A DNA stretch of 64,000 bases, from the IMG/VR virus record IMGVR_UViG_3300042471_000812; one strand, 5' to 3'. The translations under genes and the position numbers were made by a program. Of the stretch, positions 1 to 10,449 are shown in pieces (position 1 is the stretch's first letter; each line of letters opens with the position of its first letter). The notes under the pieces were generated by a model. It was not told the DNA's origin. It did no database searches and saw nothing but the letters and a program-made list of their open reading frames with translations. Origin of the DNA: an uncultured virus (IMG/VR IMGVR_UViG_3300042471_000812) (Duplodnaviria > Heunggongvirae > Uroviricota > Caudoviricetes).

Positions 1-135
1 ATCAAAGCTACCCAAAAGGGCATCGGCCAAATTGTCGTATTTAAACAACAATGGTATTTTACCGGTATTAGCCAAAGCCAGTTTTCTGGCGTGTTGTGGT
101 AATTCTGCGAACCACTCGCGTGCTGTTTTTTTCAT
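1..135 (-). CDS. Partial hypothetical protein (runs off the window edge)
   Basis: ATG at 135-133 overlaps the stop of the upstream ORF; reads MKKTAREWFAELPQHARKLALAN... with no stop before base 1. Confidence 0.6.
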   Translation of the reverse strand, partial: MKKTAREWFAELPQHARKLALANTGKIPLLFKYDNLADALLGSFD

Positions 136-446
136 AGGTTTGATTTTACTTTTTCCCAGTAGTTAAGGGTTGATTCTTTAAGGTGTCCTTTCGGCCCGCC
201 ATTCCATTTCCGGGCAATAACCTCAGCGCTTTTATATCCGCTAACTTTTACCCACTTAGCAAAGGCTTCCTTCGACTTATCGCAATCGAGCCTATCCTCT
301 AAGGTAAACTGTATGCCAATGTTGTTGAAGTGTTGCACCATTGTAGGGCGGATTTGCAAGCACCCTTCCGCATCGCCATTCCGCGCCGAAGGGTTACCCC
401 CACTTTCTACCATAACGATAGCAGCAATTAAAACTAAAATATTCAT
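132..446 (-). CDS. Small lytic transglycosylase / lysozyme-fold protein with hydrophobic N-terminus
   Basis: IVMVESGGN (catalytic Glu), GCLQIRP, ARKWNGG motifs typical of SLT-like enzymes. Confidence 0.75.
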   Translation of the reverse strand: MNILVLIAAIVMVESGGNPSARNGDAEGCLQIRPTMVQHFNNIGIQFTLEDRLDCDKSKEAFAKWVKVSGYKSAEVIARKWNGGPKGHLKESTLNYWEKVKSNL

Positions 447-480
447 CTTTTGTCGTATTTAATGTAAAGGAAAGGACAAT

Positions 481-936
481 TTATGTAATATCCAAAAGAT
501 ATTTACCTTTTAACGTTTCTTCACATTTAAGCTCCATATACCTATCTGTAATTTCCATAGCATTATCCAAAGAAGAAGAAAAGAAAGCGCAATATCCCTT
601 AGAGCGTAAAAGCTCAATAGTCTTGAACTGCTCCTCCAAGTGGTTTACCTTAATGATTAACGGCCCTCTACGCTTAACCTCAGTTTGCATTTTAAGAGTA
701 CCATCTTTCTTTAAGGGGGAATCCTTCTTTAGCTCTATGTATAGGCCATGATAACTACCTTTAGGCTCAGAGATAAACACGTCGGGGTGGGTATGCGCTG
801 AACGTACTTCCTTTAACGCTACCGCCTGGCCCATAGTTACCCTCACGCCACTACTCTCGGAGGTGAATACTACGTTGGGGTATTTCTCTTTTAGGTAGTG
901 GGCGAAGGCTTTATGGATATTTTTCTCGGTACTCAC
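481..936 (-). CDS. VRR-NUC / PD-(D/E)XK nuclease (resolvase-like)
   Basis: HPDVFI...GLYIELK...Q...LRSKGY motif pattern. Confidence 0.75.
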   Translation of the reverse strand: MSTEKNIHKAFAHYLKEKYPNVVFTSESSGVRVTMGQAVALKEVRSAHTHPDVFISEPKGSYHGLYIELKKDSPLKKDGTLKMQTEVKRRGPLIIKVNHLEEQFKTIELLRSKGYCAFFSSSLDNAMEITDRYMELKCEETLKGKYLLDIT

Positions 937-1049
937 TTCTTAACTACTAGTATAAAGATTTGTGTTTTACATTCTTTGCATTTATACACCTTCTCAGGTG
1001 TTCTTTCGGGCTTTATTAACGCCCCAGAGCATATTGGGCAGTGTTTCAT
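933..1049 (-). CDS. 38-aa zinc-ribbon protein (not in the ORF track)
   Basis: MKHCPICSGALIKPERTPEKVYKCKECKTQIFILVVKK; two CxxC motifs; 4-nt overlaps with both neighbours. Confidence 0.65.
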   Translation of the reverse strand: MKHCPICSGALIKPERTPEKVYKCKECKTQIFILVVKK

Positions 1050-1891
1050 AACAATCCGTTCTTTTTAGATTTAATTGGTCGAGAGCCAAACTCATTACGA
1101 TACCTTTCATAAACGCCTCGCAAGGTAATGTTTATTTCCTTTCCGTCAAACTTTCTACCTTCAAACCTCCCCGCAAGTAATCTATCTGCAATATTCTGCT
1201 CCACGCCCATTCTATTCAAGATACAGCATATCTTAAAAACGTATAGGTTTCTCTGCCCAGGCCGAAAGGTTATGCCCGTATTCTGCACTCCCTTCTCAGC
1301 TATCCTTAACGCATCATCTATACCCCTTACCTCCATAGGGTTGAAGTAGATAGGCTTCTCCTCAGGCATGATGGGTGGCGTGTAGGTAGGTGCTTCTAGG
1401 TTTAGGTATGCTTCGGGGTCATAGGACAAGTTACACTGCTTGTTTACAGGCTTTCCGGCCTTGTCGGAAAGGCCGAAGGCAAACTCTCTATCAATACACT
1501 CCCATGCCCACTTGTGATGGTAGTTGTCCTTTGGGATAGCTGTTCTAAAGCCAACTTTAACTCCTCCCCTTGGGGAACGGAACAAAAATAAAACGTATGT
1601 TGTGTCAAGGTAGGATAGTACCCTTTCGGCGCGTTGTTTTCCATCAATGTCTAAGTGTATAATTCCAGAATGTTTAACTAAGTTCTCAGCCTTCTTTCCC
1701 CCAGAAAATACCCCAGAGGGGAAAAAGGCCGGAAGCATCATCTTCGCAGCATCAGCCTCTTCCTTTTTCATCTTCCTAATTGCTCCAATCCTATCCCTCA
1801 TGGCATCGCTTTTAATATGCCCTATGATAGTCTTGATATGCACAGGCTTACCCTCTAACTGGTAATTGTCTGGGAGAACGGTGCAAATCAT
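1046..1891 (-). CDS. BT4734/VirE-N-like primase (PrimPol) with PriCT-like C-terminus
   Basis: LPAFFPSGVF, IHLDID, FRSPRGGVK, LSYDPEAY, PGQRN motifs. Confidence 0.75.
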   Translation of the reverse strand: MICTVLPDNYQLEGKPVHIKTIIGHIKSDAMRDRIGAIRKMKKEEADAAKMMLPAFFPSGVFSGGKKAENLVKHSGIIHLDIDGKQRAERVLSYLDTTYVLFLFRSPRGGVKVGFRTAIPKDNYHHKWAWECIDREFAFGLSDKAGKPVNKQCNLSYDPEAYLNLEAPTYTPPIMPEEKPIYFNPMEVRGIDDALRIAEKGVQNTGITFRPGQRNLYVFKICCILNRMGVEQNIADRLLAGRFEGRKFDGKEINITLRGVYERYRNEFGSRPIKSKKNGLL

Positions 1892-2586
1892 AATAGCTTG
1901 GGTTGAATTTGAGATATACGCTTTTCGGCGATTTTGACGTATTCGGAAGATAGTTCGCTGCCTATGTAGTTTCGGCCTTCTTTTATCGATGCCACCGCAG
2001 TTGTGCCGCTGCCCATAAATGGGTCATAAACCAACTTTGAATTAGGAAAGCAAAGTATAAGCCTTCTGCAAAGTTGAAGAGGGAACGCCCTTTTGTGTTC
2101 TTTGTCCGTGCCTTCTGCTGTGTCCTTTATTAAATCGTTTTGACCTATTTCGTTAAAAAAATCGGTGTCCTTTGTTTTTGAAAGCCAATATATCCTTTCG
2201 GTCATTGGGTAGAATCTGCACTTGTCAAAATTTTGCGACCCATTAAACCAAACTAATTCTTGTTTTACGATTAGGTTTGATTTTAAAATCCATTCGTACG
2301 GCGAAATTTGAATGCCATTTTTTATCCTGTTTTTGTGGTTGTATAGCAAACTGCCATTAGGCTTTAATACCCTGTAAATTTCGTTTAACACTTTTATTTG
2401 CCAATCTTGGTAATCATTTTCATTCATATCATCAACGTAAAGGTCGTATGCTGAAAATACATTGTTGCCTGTGTGGTGTTTTGCACCCAAGTTGTAAGGC
2501 GGCGAAGTAACTACCAAGTCCACGAAATTGTCAGGCATTCTTGCCATTGTGTCAAGGCAGTTCTCGTTGTGAATTTGATTTATCAT
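1888..2586 (-). CDS. DNA methyltransferase, beta class (N4-C/N6-A)
   Basis: TSPPY catalytic motif followed by DPFMGSGTT SAM-binding motif. Confidence 0.9.
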   Translation of the reverse strand: MINQIHNENCLDTMARMPDNFVDLVVTSPPYNLGAKHHTGNNVFSAYDLYVDDMNENDYQDWQIKVLNEIYRVLKPNGSLLYNHKNRIKNGIQISPYEWILKSNLIVKQELVWFNGSQNFDKCRFYPMTERIYWLSKTKDTDFFNEIGQNDLIKDTAEGTDKEHKRAFPLQLCRRLILCFPNSKLVYDPFMGSGTTAVASIKEGRNYIGSELSSEYVKIAEKRISQIQPKLL

Positions 2587-3632
2587 ATCATCACCGGCAT
2601 GAAGTACAAGGCAACATCGCCCTTAATAATTCCTACCACTCGGTTATCTGCTTGGAAGCCAATGGTAGCCTCGCCAATCATTCCCACAGCTTGAAGCAAC
2701 TGCTTGCCGTTTAACCCTACCTCATTCTCTTCAAGCAATCCCGGCATCTCTTCCTCATAGTTCTTGCCAAAGTCAATATCCTCAGAAGCTACCTTCCCCT
2801 TGCCAATTCTAATCAGGGAAGTAGCCTTCGGGCTAAAAGATATACACCTTTCCACAGCACCTAAAAACTCCGGCAGGGAAACCTCGCAAAGCACTGGGTA
2901 CTCTTTAATAATAACACTTTCAATAACCTCTAATTTCATTGGGTTGTCGGCAGTACGCATGAACAAAGAGGTAATGCCATCGCTAAACTGATGCCACTTC
3001 TCAGATGCACCAACATGAACTATGCCTTGCATACTAGCAACCACCGGGATATACCTTGGGGTTATGCCCACAATCCTCCCATCGTTTTCCTCTACCCTGT
3101 CTATGTACTTAACCTCTGAGAGATAAACACTATACGCGTTGGTGGCGTAGCAATACACCTTATCCCTTCGTGTTTGTAGGTTTACTTGGCACATTTGTGG
3201 CCGCAGATCATCATTGCCAGCGAACCTGCCAGCCAAGGAAAGGTGTGAAACAAGGTCTTTAACCGGCTCGGAAAATAGCGCTGGGGCTAAGGTATAGTTA
3301 AAGGATAGTGCCGAAGAACTGTCTTGGAGTGGCACTTGGCCTTTACCCCTGCCGCTTTTGAAGTATAGCACATCGGAGGCGGTAAGCCCTATGTCTTCGG
3401 CGCTTCCCTTATTTGCGATTGTTTCAAGGTCATAGTATGAAACATAAAAGTCATTGGGAATAGTGTCGGGGAAAGCCTCAATGTTAATCAATATCGCGGC
3501 ATCTAACCCAGCGCAAGATATTGTCCTGTCTGTTACCCTCAGCCAAGAAGTTGCTGGTGCGGTGCTTTTTGCTTTTGCTACTGGCGCTAAGGCTGCCAAT
3601 GCGTTTTTTAGTTGTGTTCTAGTTACTACCAT
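2583..3632 (-). CDS. DNA polymerase III beta sliding-clamp-like protein
   Basis: ~350 aa; DDLRPQM, ATNAYS, GLNGKQLL and C-terminal FMPV resemble DnaN. Confidence 0.7.
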   Translation of the reverse strand: MVVTRTQLKNALAALAPVAKAKSTAPATSWLRVTDRTISCAGLDAAILINIEAFPDTIPNDFYVSYYDLETIANKGSAEDIGLTASDVLYFKSGRGKGQVPLQDSSSALSFNYTLAPALFSEPVKDLVSHLSLAGRFAGNDDLRPQMCQVNLQTRRDKVYCYATNAYSVYLSEVKYIDRVEENDGRIVGITPRYIPVVASMQGIVHVGASEKWHQFSDGITSLFMRTADNPMKLEVIESVIIKEYPVLCEVSLPEFLGAVERCISFSPKATSLIRIGKGKVASEDIDFGKNYEEEMPGLLEENEVGLNGKQLLQAVGMIGEATIGFQADNRVVGIIKGDVALYFMPVMI

Positions 3633-5221
3633 TTTTTTATGTAATTGTATATTTCTTCAAAGATATTTTCCTTTTTCATATTATATGGCTTACCATCAAT
3701 AATTTTATCAATGTCCTCCATTTTGTTCCCCATTAAGTTCCAGATATGCTCGTCAATAGTATCTTTTACGAGTATGGTATAGATGTTCACTGGCTTGGTC
3801 TGGCCGGCACGATACACCCTACTCACTGCCTGGGCGAAGTCAGTAGGTACAAATGCCCAATTCAAGAAGAGTACATCGGAAGCGTTTTGAAGCTCAATAG
3901 AGGTCCCTGCTGCCCTCATATTGCCAATGAATACCTTGCACCTATTATCTCCGGTAAACCTTCTAATAATGTCTCCACGCTTCTCTGTGGCAACGCTCCC
4001 ATCGATATAGGCCGCCGAAGGGTATAACTTATACACCTCTTGCAAGGGGGCGGTATAACTACCAAACACCACAGCCTTTTTCCCAGCCTCAATGATATTG
4101 TCAATAGTTTCCTTAATGATTGGCACTTTGGCTAAAGATATGATTCGATTTAGGGAATGGATATTGTTTTCAAGCTGCTGCCTAGTTCTAACCTCTTCCT
4201 CGCAGATTCTTTTAATTTCAGCCTCGTACTGTTCTAGCCACTGGCCATCGCCCTTCACATTGTAAAGCACATAGTTTTTCTTTGGCATATCCCAGCAATC
4301 TTCCAGCCGATACCTTACCATAAAGTTTGCCATTTCGCGTCTAAGCTGGGGGATATTCTTTGCCCCTTTCACTTTAAAGCCATCTTTTTCCAAGAAATTA
4401 AGGTCAAACTTCAACTTGTTGGAGCCTAAAGGGTGGCCGGCAAGTTTAAGGTAAGCAAAGAAATCATCTGCCCTATTGGTGTTGGGTGTGCCAGAGGCAA
4501 AGGTAATATGGGCATCAGAGCCTTTAAGGATAGCCTTCACTGCCTTAAACCTTTGGGTTTTGGTACTCTTAATCCGTTGGCACTCGTCTAGGATAATGTG
4601 CTTTATGCCCTTGCTTCTAAGGTAATCAACACTCCTATGCAATAGGTCATAGTTGATAATGATAAACTTTTCGTTTAGGGCTTGGATAAAGTGGCGGCGC
4701 TGGGAATACACTACGGTAAACTCAAAGGAGTTAAATCCCCACTGCTCACTCAGGGAGGTTACCCAGTTGTCTTTGGCACTGGCCTCACAAACTATTAAAG
4801 TTGGGTAGAGGTTTTTGTACTTAGACTTCATGATGGTGGTAATGGTTTTGCCGGTGCCTTGGTCTAGGGCTGCTAGGGTGTGCTTGTTGGTTACGGCAAA
4901 CATTAGGGTGTCTATTTGGTGGTGGCGTAGCTTCCTGCCGTTGAGGGGGAATAGGGAGTGTACCTTGGTGTCAAACATTTTGTAGAGTTTGTTGTATGCT
5001 ACCTTTAGCTTTTCGGCGATTATGACGCCTTGGGGAGACTTCCAATCTATGCCTCTATCATCAAGGAGATTCTTTACCGCCTCTTTGCGGAGCGCCGAAA
5101 GGTTACCCTTCCAATAGGCTTTTCCCCCCACCACAACCTTTGTCATACCATACAGCTCTGCATAATACTCTCCCTCCCTATACTCTAGATATAGGTTCCC
5201 ATTCTCCTTTAAGTGCATCAT
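3626..5221 (-). CDS. SNF2-family helicase
   Basis: DQGTGKT (Walker A), ILDECQ, SGTP, QAVSRVYRAGQ. Confidence 0.9.
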   Translation of the reverse strand: MMHLKENGNLYLEYREGEYYAELYGMTKVVVGGKAYWKGNLSALRKEAVKNLLDDRGIDWKSPQGVIIAEKLKVAYNKLYKMFDTKVHSLFPLNGRKLRHHQIDTLMFAVTNKHTLAALDQGTGKTITTIMKSKYKNLYPTLIVCEASAKDNWVTSLSEQWGFNSFEFTVVYSQRRHFIQALNEKFIIINYDLLHRSVDYLRSKGIKHIILDECQRIKSTKTQRFKAVKAILKGSDAHITFASGTPNTNRADDFFAYLKLAGHPLGSNKLKFDLNFLEKDGFKVKGAKNIPQLRREMANFMVRYRLEDCWDMPKKNYVLYNVKGDGQWLEQYEAEIKRICEEEVRTRQQLENNIHSLNRIISLAKVPIIKETIDNIIEAGKKAVVFGSYTAPLQEVYKLYPSAAYIDGSVATEKRGDIIRRFTGDNRCKVFIGNMRAAGTSIELQNASDVLFLNWAFVPTDFAQAVSRVYRAGQTKPVNIYTILVKDTIDEHIWNLMGNKMEDIDKIIDGKPYNMKKENIFEEIYNYIKKW

Positions 5222-5679
5222 AGATTCTCTTTCAGGAAGGCGTCAAAATGCTTGTAGGATTCAAAAACATTGGCGAGTTTCTTGCTAAGTTCTTTTGCAG
5301 TCCATTTCTTTTCCAGCATAGTATCAATAGCATCTTTGAATACAGCATACATAAGGTCGGAAGCCTCGGAAGAGCCATCTGCCAACCACCTGTCCCCTTC
5401 ACGCACAAACACTAAGTCAATCCCTCTGCAATACACCTCAGCGAAGCTAGAATTGTCTGTATCTACAATCACATCGCCATACGTTTCAATCGTGCCATAG
5501 CCATCGAAATTAACATATCCGGCAGAGGTAACAATCAGGCAGTCTTTACTTCCCCTTACGAGGGTGTCAAAGTCGTGCTGGTTGTGGGGGGTGGCAGAGT
5601 AAGAAACCTTGCCCATTGCGGTGTAAACGTACTCATCATCTCGATAGTCGCTTAACTTGTTGATTACAATTTTTATCAT
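5218..5679 (-). CDS. Hypothetical protein
   Basis: ORF translationally coupled within the operon. Confidence 0.6.
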   Translation of the reverse strand: MIKIVINKLSDYRDDEYVYTAMGKVSYSATPHNQHDFDTLVRGSKDCLIVTSAGYVNFDGYGTIETYGDVIVDTDNSSFAEVYCRGIDLVFVREGDRWLADGSSEASDLMYAVFKDAIDTMLEKKWTAKELSKKLANVFESYKHFDAFLKENL

Positions 5680-5682
5680 GGT

Positions 5683-6933
5683 TTAAAGTATTTCCTCTGT
5701 GAATTTAATCTCTACACCTTCCTCTGTGTCCCAGCCAACCTTTTCAAAGATAAGCTGAATATCCTCTCCGGCCAAGTCAACAATCCGCTCAAAGGTATCT
5801 TTGTCCATTGAGTTCATGTCTAGCTTCATTACCCTAAAGTTTGAGCCTAAAGCCCGGAAGATATGGAAGCCTACCTCGTATATCTTGGCAGTGTTTATCT
5901 GCCCTTCCTCAAAGGGTAGGCCGTTTAGGTAAACACCATCATCATCAAACGATAAGCCTTCCACTGGCAAGGAACTGCTAGAGAGTATCTCTGCCTTTTC
6001 CCTATCTATGTCAGCGAGTTTATTGGTTAAGGAAACACTTGCCTTTTTGTAGTGTTGGAGTTCTTGGTGTTGGGCTATGAGTGCCTCTTGGATTTTTACT
6101 TTGGCGTTATGCTCTTCGGCGGCCTTTAGCTTTTCGGATAGATGCCCTGCCGAAGGCTTTTCCCTTTTCTTTAACCAAGCATCAGCCTTTTCAATCTCTA
6201 CCTTTAGGGTTGTGTTTTCAAGCTCTAATGCCTTAATCTTTTCCCGGTAGCCATCAATCGCCGAAAGGTTATCATTGAGCTTATCAAGCCTCTCCGCCTT
6301 GCCACTCTCAGCCCTAACATAAAGCTCAACTTCTTTCCCTACATTCTGCATCTGGGAATAAATATCCGAGGTGTCAATAGCCTTTAGCATTTCCCCCAAC
6401 TCCTGACCTTTGAGCTTACCTTCGTACTCAGAAACCTTTCGGTTAACATCTGTACGATCCTCATAGGCCTTTTTCCTTTCAATATCTAACAGGTCTAATT
6501 CTTTCTTCCTACCAGACAAAGTTTTAAGAAGCTCAATTTGCTCGTTTTTCTTGCGTCTAAGGAAGTTTTCCACTACGTCAAAGGAGATAGTGCCAAGCAT
6601 CTGCCGAAAGGCCTTTATACCTAACTTCTGGCCTTGGGAGTTATGCACTGTGATATTCCCTTCGGTTTTACCGGTGTTGTTAGACCATACAGCCCTTACC
6701 TTGTAGGTATCTTGCTCATCTCCCACCTCCACGATTACCTCTGCCATAGTTTCCCCTTTACGGATTACCTCTGTGGGGTGGCCTTGGCCGGAAAGGGTGG
6801 AGAGGAAGGCTTGAATGGTTGATGTCTTACCGGCACCATTGGGCGCGGTAACAATGAACGACTTGCCATCTACGTTTATCTGGGCTTCGGATATGCCCTT
6901 GTAGTTCTTAATGTGTGCGCTTTGTAGCTTCAT
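5683..6933 (-). CDS. SMC/AAA-like ATPase with central coiled coil
   Basis: IKNYKGI, APNGAGKTS Walker A, long coiled coil, LPVEGLSFD, degenerate Walker B. Confidence 0.8.
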   Translation of the reverse strand: MKLQSAHIKNYKGISEAQINVDGKSFIVTAPNGAGKTSTIQAFLSTLSGQGHPTEVIRKGETMAEVIVEVGDEQDTYKVRAVWSNNTGKTEGNITVHNSQGQKLGIKAFRQMLGTISFDVVENFLRRKKNEQIELLKTLSGRKKELDLLDIERKKAYEDRTDVNRKVSEYEGKLKGQELGEMLKAIDTSDIYSQMQNVGKEVELYVRAESGKAERLDKLNDNLSAIDGYREKIKALELENTTLKVEIEKADAWLKKREKPSAGHLSEKLKAAEEHNAKVKIQEALIAQHQELQHYKKASVSLTNKLADIDREKAEILSSSSLPVEGLSFDDDGVYLNGLPFEEGQINTAKIYEVGFHIFRALGSNFRVMKLDMNSMDKDTFERIVDLAGEDIQLIFEKVGWDTEEGVEIKFTEEIL

Positions 6934-6938
6934 GGTTT

Positions 6939-7196
6939 TTATTGTTTAGGTTGTATGATTACTCCTTGTGGATATGATAATTCACTTTCATTCACTCCTA
7001 TTGGCATATTACCCCAACTTTCTTCAACAGGTAGTATTGTTGCTGAGGATAGGATTTCTTTTAAAGTAGATATTCTTCCTTCTAATGAACCTAATGTATG
7101 ACTTGGTTTCATTAAATGGATATTTATTCCTTCAAGTTCAGCTATCTTAGCTTCAATCTCTTGTTTACCCTCTTGGGTTAAATAAATGCCTATCAT
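6939..7196 (-). CDS. Hypothetical protein
   Basis: Coupled small ORF in an AT-rich block. Confidence 0.6.
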   Translation of the reverse strand: MIGIYLTQEGKQEIEAKIAELEGINIHLMKPSHTLGSLEGRISTLKEILSSATILPVEESWGNMPIGVNESELSYPQGVIIQPKQ

Positions 7197-7399
7197 GGTT
7201 TATTGGTTAAAGGTTTCGTTGTACTATCGTTCACCGCTGCTGCAATTGTTTGTAATATCCAAAATTCTCCGTGTTTAAAAGCCTCATTACTCTGCTCCTT
7301 CTCCATTTCTTTGGCTTGATAAAAATCAACTGCTGAAAGTTTACCATTTTCATTTAGTTGCACTTCCAACCATTCTACTGCTGTTTGCTTTGGTGTCAT
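7193..7399 (-). CDS. Small 'QTAVEWL...AKEMEKEQ' family phage protein
   Basis: Paralogous to 7396-7641 and 34505-34720. Confidence 0.7.
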   Translation of the reverse strand: MTPKQTAVEWLEVQLNENGKLSAVDFYQAKEMEKEQSNEAFKHGEFWILQTIAAAVNDSTTKPLTNKP

Positions 7400-7641
7400 G
7401 GTTTTTTGGTTTTAAAGGTTTCGTTGTAGTAATGTTCTGCTTGCTTAGTAGCTTCCATTTCTAATGGGTGTATAAGTCCTGTTAAGTGTGCATCAATAAT
7501 CTGCTCCTTCTCCATTTCTTTGGCTCGGCTAAGTAATCCTTCTAAAGTACTCCACGTCATTTGAATCTCGTGTTTATTACCAAATGATTCTAATATATCT
7601 TGAAGCCACTCAACCGCTGTTTGTTGTTTGTTGTTGCTCAT
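7396..7641 (-). CDS. Small 'QTAVEWL...AKEMEKEQ' family phage protein
   Basis: Shares QTAVEWL, AKEMEKEQI and YYNETF motifs with paralogues. Confidence 0.7.
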   Translation of the reverse strand: MSNNKQQTAVEWLQDILESFGNKHEIQMTWSTLEGLLSRAKEMEKEQIIDAHLTGLIHPLEMEATKQAEHYYNETFKTKKP

Positions 7642-7644
7642 AAG

Positions 7645-8392
7645 TTATTTGTTATAGGTTTCGTTGTAGTATTTTTCAGCGTCTGCCATTGGGTCATCAT
7701 CATTCCAACCGTTGTTTGAATAGGCGGATTATCTGCTCCTTCTCCAGTTCTTTGGCTTGTTCGCAAAAGTTAATAGCTTTGACTAATCCAATTCTATAAT
7801 CCCCTGTACGATTTGTGCCAAGTTGATTGTGGGCAGATTTTCTTATTTCTTCTTTTAGCTGGCTAATTACCAATTCTAACGCTGTTTGTTTAGATTCTAA
7901 CGCACCCTTCAACCTCATATAGTTTTCAGCTCTTTGCTTAGCTTCTTCGGTAGGTTCTTCAAGTCTTTCTTGTAAAGGTTCACAATCACAAGTTATAGTA
8001 TGACCACAATAACATTTAATTTGTTTAGGTTCTTCTTGTGGAATGATGATTTTGTATCTATCTTTAAATGAAACATCACCTCTTTGATGATATTTTCTAA
8101 CCTCAACCCTCTCACAACTTGGATTCTTTACAAACCATTCTAAGAACTCATTGTCAATAGCTTGTACCCCTTCTGCGATTAGGTCTGGGTCTGTTGTCAT
8201 TATAACTAATTTACACTCTGACAAATCAGTTAGATAATTAGGGAACTTGTTTAAAATTTGCCCTTTTTCTAATTGCCATTTACCTTTGTGTGGTCTTACA
8301 TCTTTAATTTCTTCATCAGAAGTGATGTAGAGGTATTGATGCAGAACATCAGCGCCCTCTTGCTCTTTTGTAATTAAATGTACGTTTCTCAT
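7645..8392 (-). CDS. Mosaic hypothetical protein ending in a QTA...EKEQI module; probable frameshift near the C-terminus
   Basis: Track ORF stops at 7700, but the shifted frame continues AYSNNGWNDDDPMADAEKYYNETYNK* to 7645. Confidence 0.6.
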
Positions 8393-8410
8393 GGTTTTGT
8401 GTATTAAGGG

Positions 8411-8677
8411 TTAAATGTTAATGGATAGATATTCTTCGCCTTTGGGTGTTATTTCAAAATCGCCCCTACAACCGCAAGTGCAACCATTTATTAAGCCCTT
8501 TTTAATAAGCTGGCTCATTTTAGCTAAAATTAATTTCTTGGGTGCAAAAAAGATTGCTTTGTTTTCAGGCATTGAATTTCGTACAGAATACCAGCTACAA
8601 AGATTGCCTTTTGCCTTTAGCAAAAATTGCAATATTAACTCATCTGGTATATCCTTGCATTGAACGATGTTTGTCAT
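8411..8677 (-). CDS. Hypothetical winged-helix-like protein
   Basis: LIKKGLI-GCTCGCRG-FEITPKGEEYL pattern. Confidence 0.55.
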   Translation of the reverse strand: MTNIVQCKDIPDELILQFLLKAKGNLCSWYSVRNSMPENKAIFFAPKKLILAKMSQLIKKGLINGCTCGCRGDFEITPKGEEYLSINI

Positions 8678-8688
8678 GGTGTTTGGTA

Positions 8689-8919
8689 TTAAAGGTTAGT
8701 AGGGTTTGACCAGTCAATGCGGTAGCTTGCGTTGTTCTGATTTTCAACCTTAAAGCCGTTCATTATAAGCCTTATAATGTCTTTTTCAGCAATCGGGTTA
8801 TGTACCCAGCAGTACAATTCGCCTTGCTTGGCTTTGTCAATGCAGATGGCTTCGATTTCAGCCATTGAAATTCTTGGCTTGATGGTTGCCAAGTTGTAAA
8901 GGTGGTTTGCGTAAATCAT
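8689..8919 (-). CDS. Hypothetical protein
   Basis: ORF with A-rich leader in the operon. Confidence 0.55.
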   Translation of the reverse strand: MIYANHLYNLATIKPRISMAEIEAICIDKAKQGELYCWVHNPIAEKDIIRLIMNGFKVENQNNASYRIDWSNPTNL

Positions 8920-8930
8920 GGTGTTTGTTG

Positions 8931-9158
8931 TTAATTGTTTATCTCGTTAAGTTCAATTTGCAAGCTGCTAATCATTGATGATACTCTGCCCTTGGCAAAC
9001 TCAGCCTCAACAGGCATATAGCCGAGGGCAAGGCTTAACTGCTCAATGGCGAAGCGTAGCCTTTCGGCGTTTTCCCTCTCCCTAGCAACCTTAAACAACT
9101 CCTTACCACCGTACATATTTGGCAATAACATCTCTTCTAAGAAATCAACGCCACTCAT
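8931..9158 (-). CDS. Hypothetical protein
   Basis: ORF in the operon. Confidence 0.55.
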   Translation of the reverse strand: MSGVDFLEEMLLPNMYGGKELFKVARERENAERLRFAIEQLSLALGYMPVEAEFAKGRVSSMISSLQIELNEINN

Positions 9159-9300
9159 TTCCAGTTCCTTACTTCATAATAAAAACTGAAACAAAGCCAG
9201 CTAACGCTAAACTCCAAATGCAACAGCACATTCATTCTCTGGAAGTAATCTACCCTCACGCATGGCAATAGGTAAAACGCATTTTTGTGGAAGTAGTAAC

Positions 9301-10341
9301 TCATTGGTTTTCTAATTTATATTGTTTGCAAAAATCTTTAAACTCACAGTAATCGTTGCAGCGCTTGTTCTCGCCCTCAATCTTTTTTACTATCACGCCC
9401 TCTGGGTGCTTATGCTCATTCTCCAACACCCACTGCAAAGCATCGTTCTCGCGGTAAAACTCACTCGCTAAAGACCTCTTCTGCTTCTCTGGGTTGGCAT
9501 TATACACCTTCCAGGCACTTGCACTCTGCCACTTCTCCTCTGGGGTGCATTGGTAAGAGTCCGGCCCTTCAAGCTCTACCTTCTGGTGCAAGGCGATCCT
9601 TTCGGTAACATACTCCTCAACCTCCTTAAAGCCCATTAGCGGGACCTCAATTTCCATTACCCTTTGGGGTGGATATACAGATGAAGATGTGGACTGTGCC
9701 TTACTTTTCTGCCAATCCCTGAACCACTTAACAAGTACCGATTGGGCAATGTCTATGTCAAGTTCCTTTTTAATCATCCACCGGTAAATGTTCTGTTGAA
9801 GGTTGTGCTGCCGAGATTCGTACTTGTTGGCATAAGACCATACCGACACCTTCTTAAAGTCAATGAGCTTCCTCTTATCAAGCTCTACCCTATCAAACTG
9901 CCCCTTTAGATGCCAGCCCAACACTTCAACTTGCATTATCTCCTCAGTGATAACATACTTGCGGTAATATGGGAAGCCGGAAGTTAACACTTCTTGCAGC
10001 CCTTCCCTAATTTCTTTTGATTTGAAATATAGGGGCATCTGCTCTCGGTTGTTGAACTGGCTGACTAGCTTGTCAAGAACTTCTATGGCTCGGTGCAAGG
10101 TTCTGGCATCGGCGTTATACACATCGGCCATTTCAAGTACATAGTGTAGTGCTGTGCCCTCAATAGCTGGGAGCATATCTACCACGTCTTTGTGTACCTT
10201 GTTGGCATATTTCTTTTTGAACTGCCGAATCTTTGGGCTGTCAATAAGACTGGTAACGCTTATATCCCCCTTGCTAATGTACGTTTCGCAATGGGCGGCT
10301 TTGAAGATTACCTCTGGGAGGTTGTGTTTGTTGGTTAGCAT
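9301..10341 (-). CDS. PD-(D/E)XK (Cas4-like) exonuclease
   Basis: GTALH, GQFD, LIDFK, QQNIY motifs; C-terminal Cys cluster RCNDYCEFKDFC. Confidence 0.8.
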   Translation of the reverse strand: MLTNKHNLPEVIFKAAHCETYISKGDISVTSLIDSPKIRQFKKKYANKVHKDVVDMLPAIEGTALHYVLEMADVYNADARTLHRAIEVLDKLVSQFNNREQMPLYFKSKEIREGLQEVLTSGFPYYRKYVITEEIMQVEVLGWHLKGQFDRVELDKRKLIDFKKVSVWSYANKYESRQHNLQQNIYRWMIKKELDIDIAQSVLVKWFRDWQKSKAQSTSSSVYPPQRVMEIEVPLMGFKEVEEYVTERIALHQKVELEGPDSYQCTPEEKWQSASAWKVYNANPEKQKRSLASEFYRENDALQWVLENEHKHPEGVIVKKIEGENKRCNDYCEFKDFCKQYKLENQ

Positions 10342-10449
10342 TGTGCAATGTTAAGTATTATTTTCACATCAAAATGTTAAAAATAGTTAAAAGAAAAGCG
10401 GCCACAACGAAGTAGGGCTGTTTCGCCTATACATTAGTTAGGCACAACC

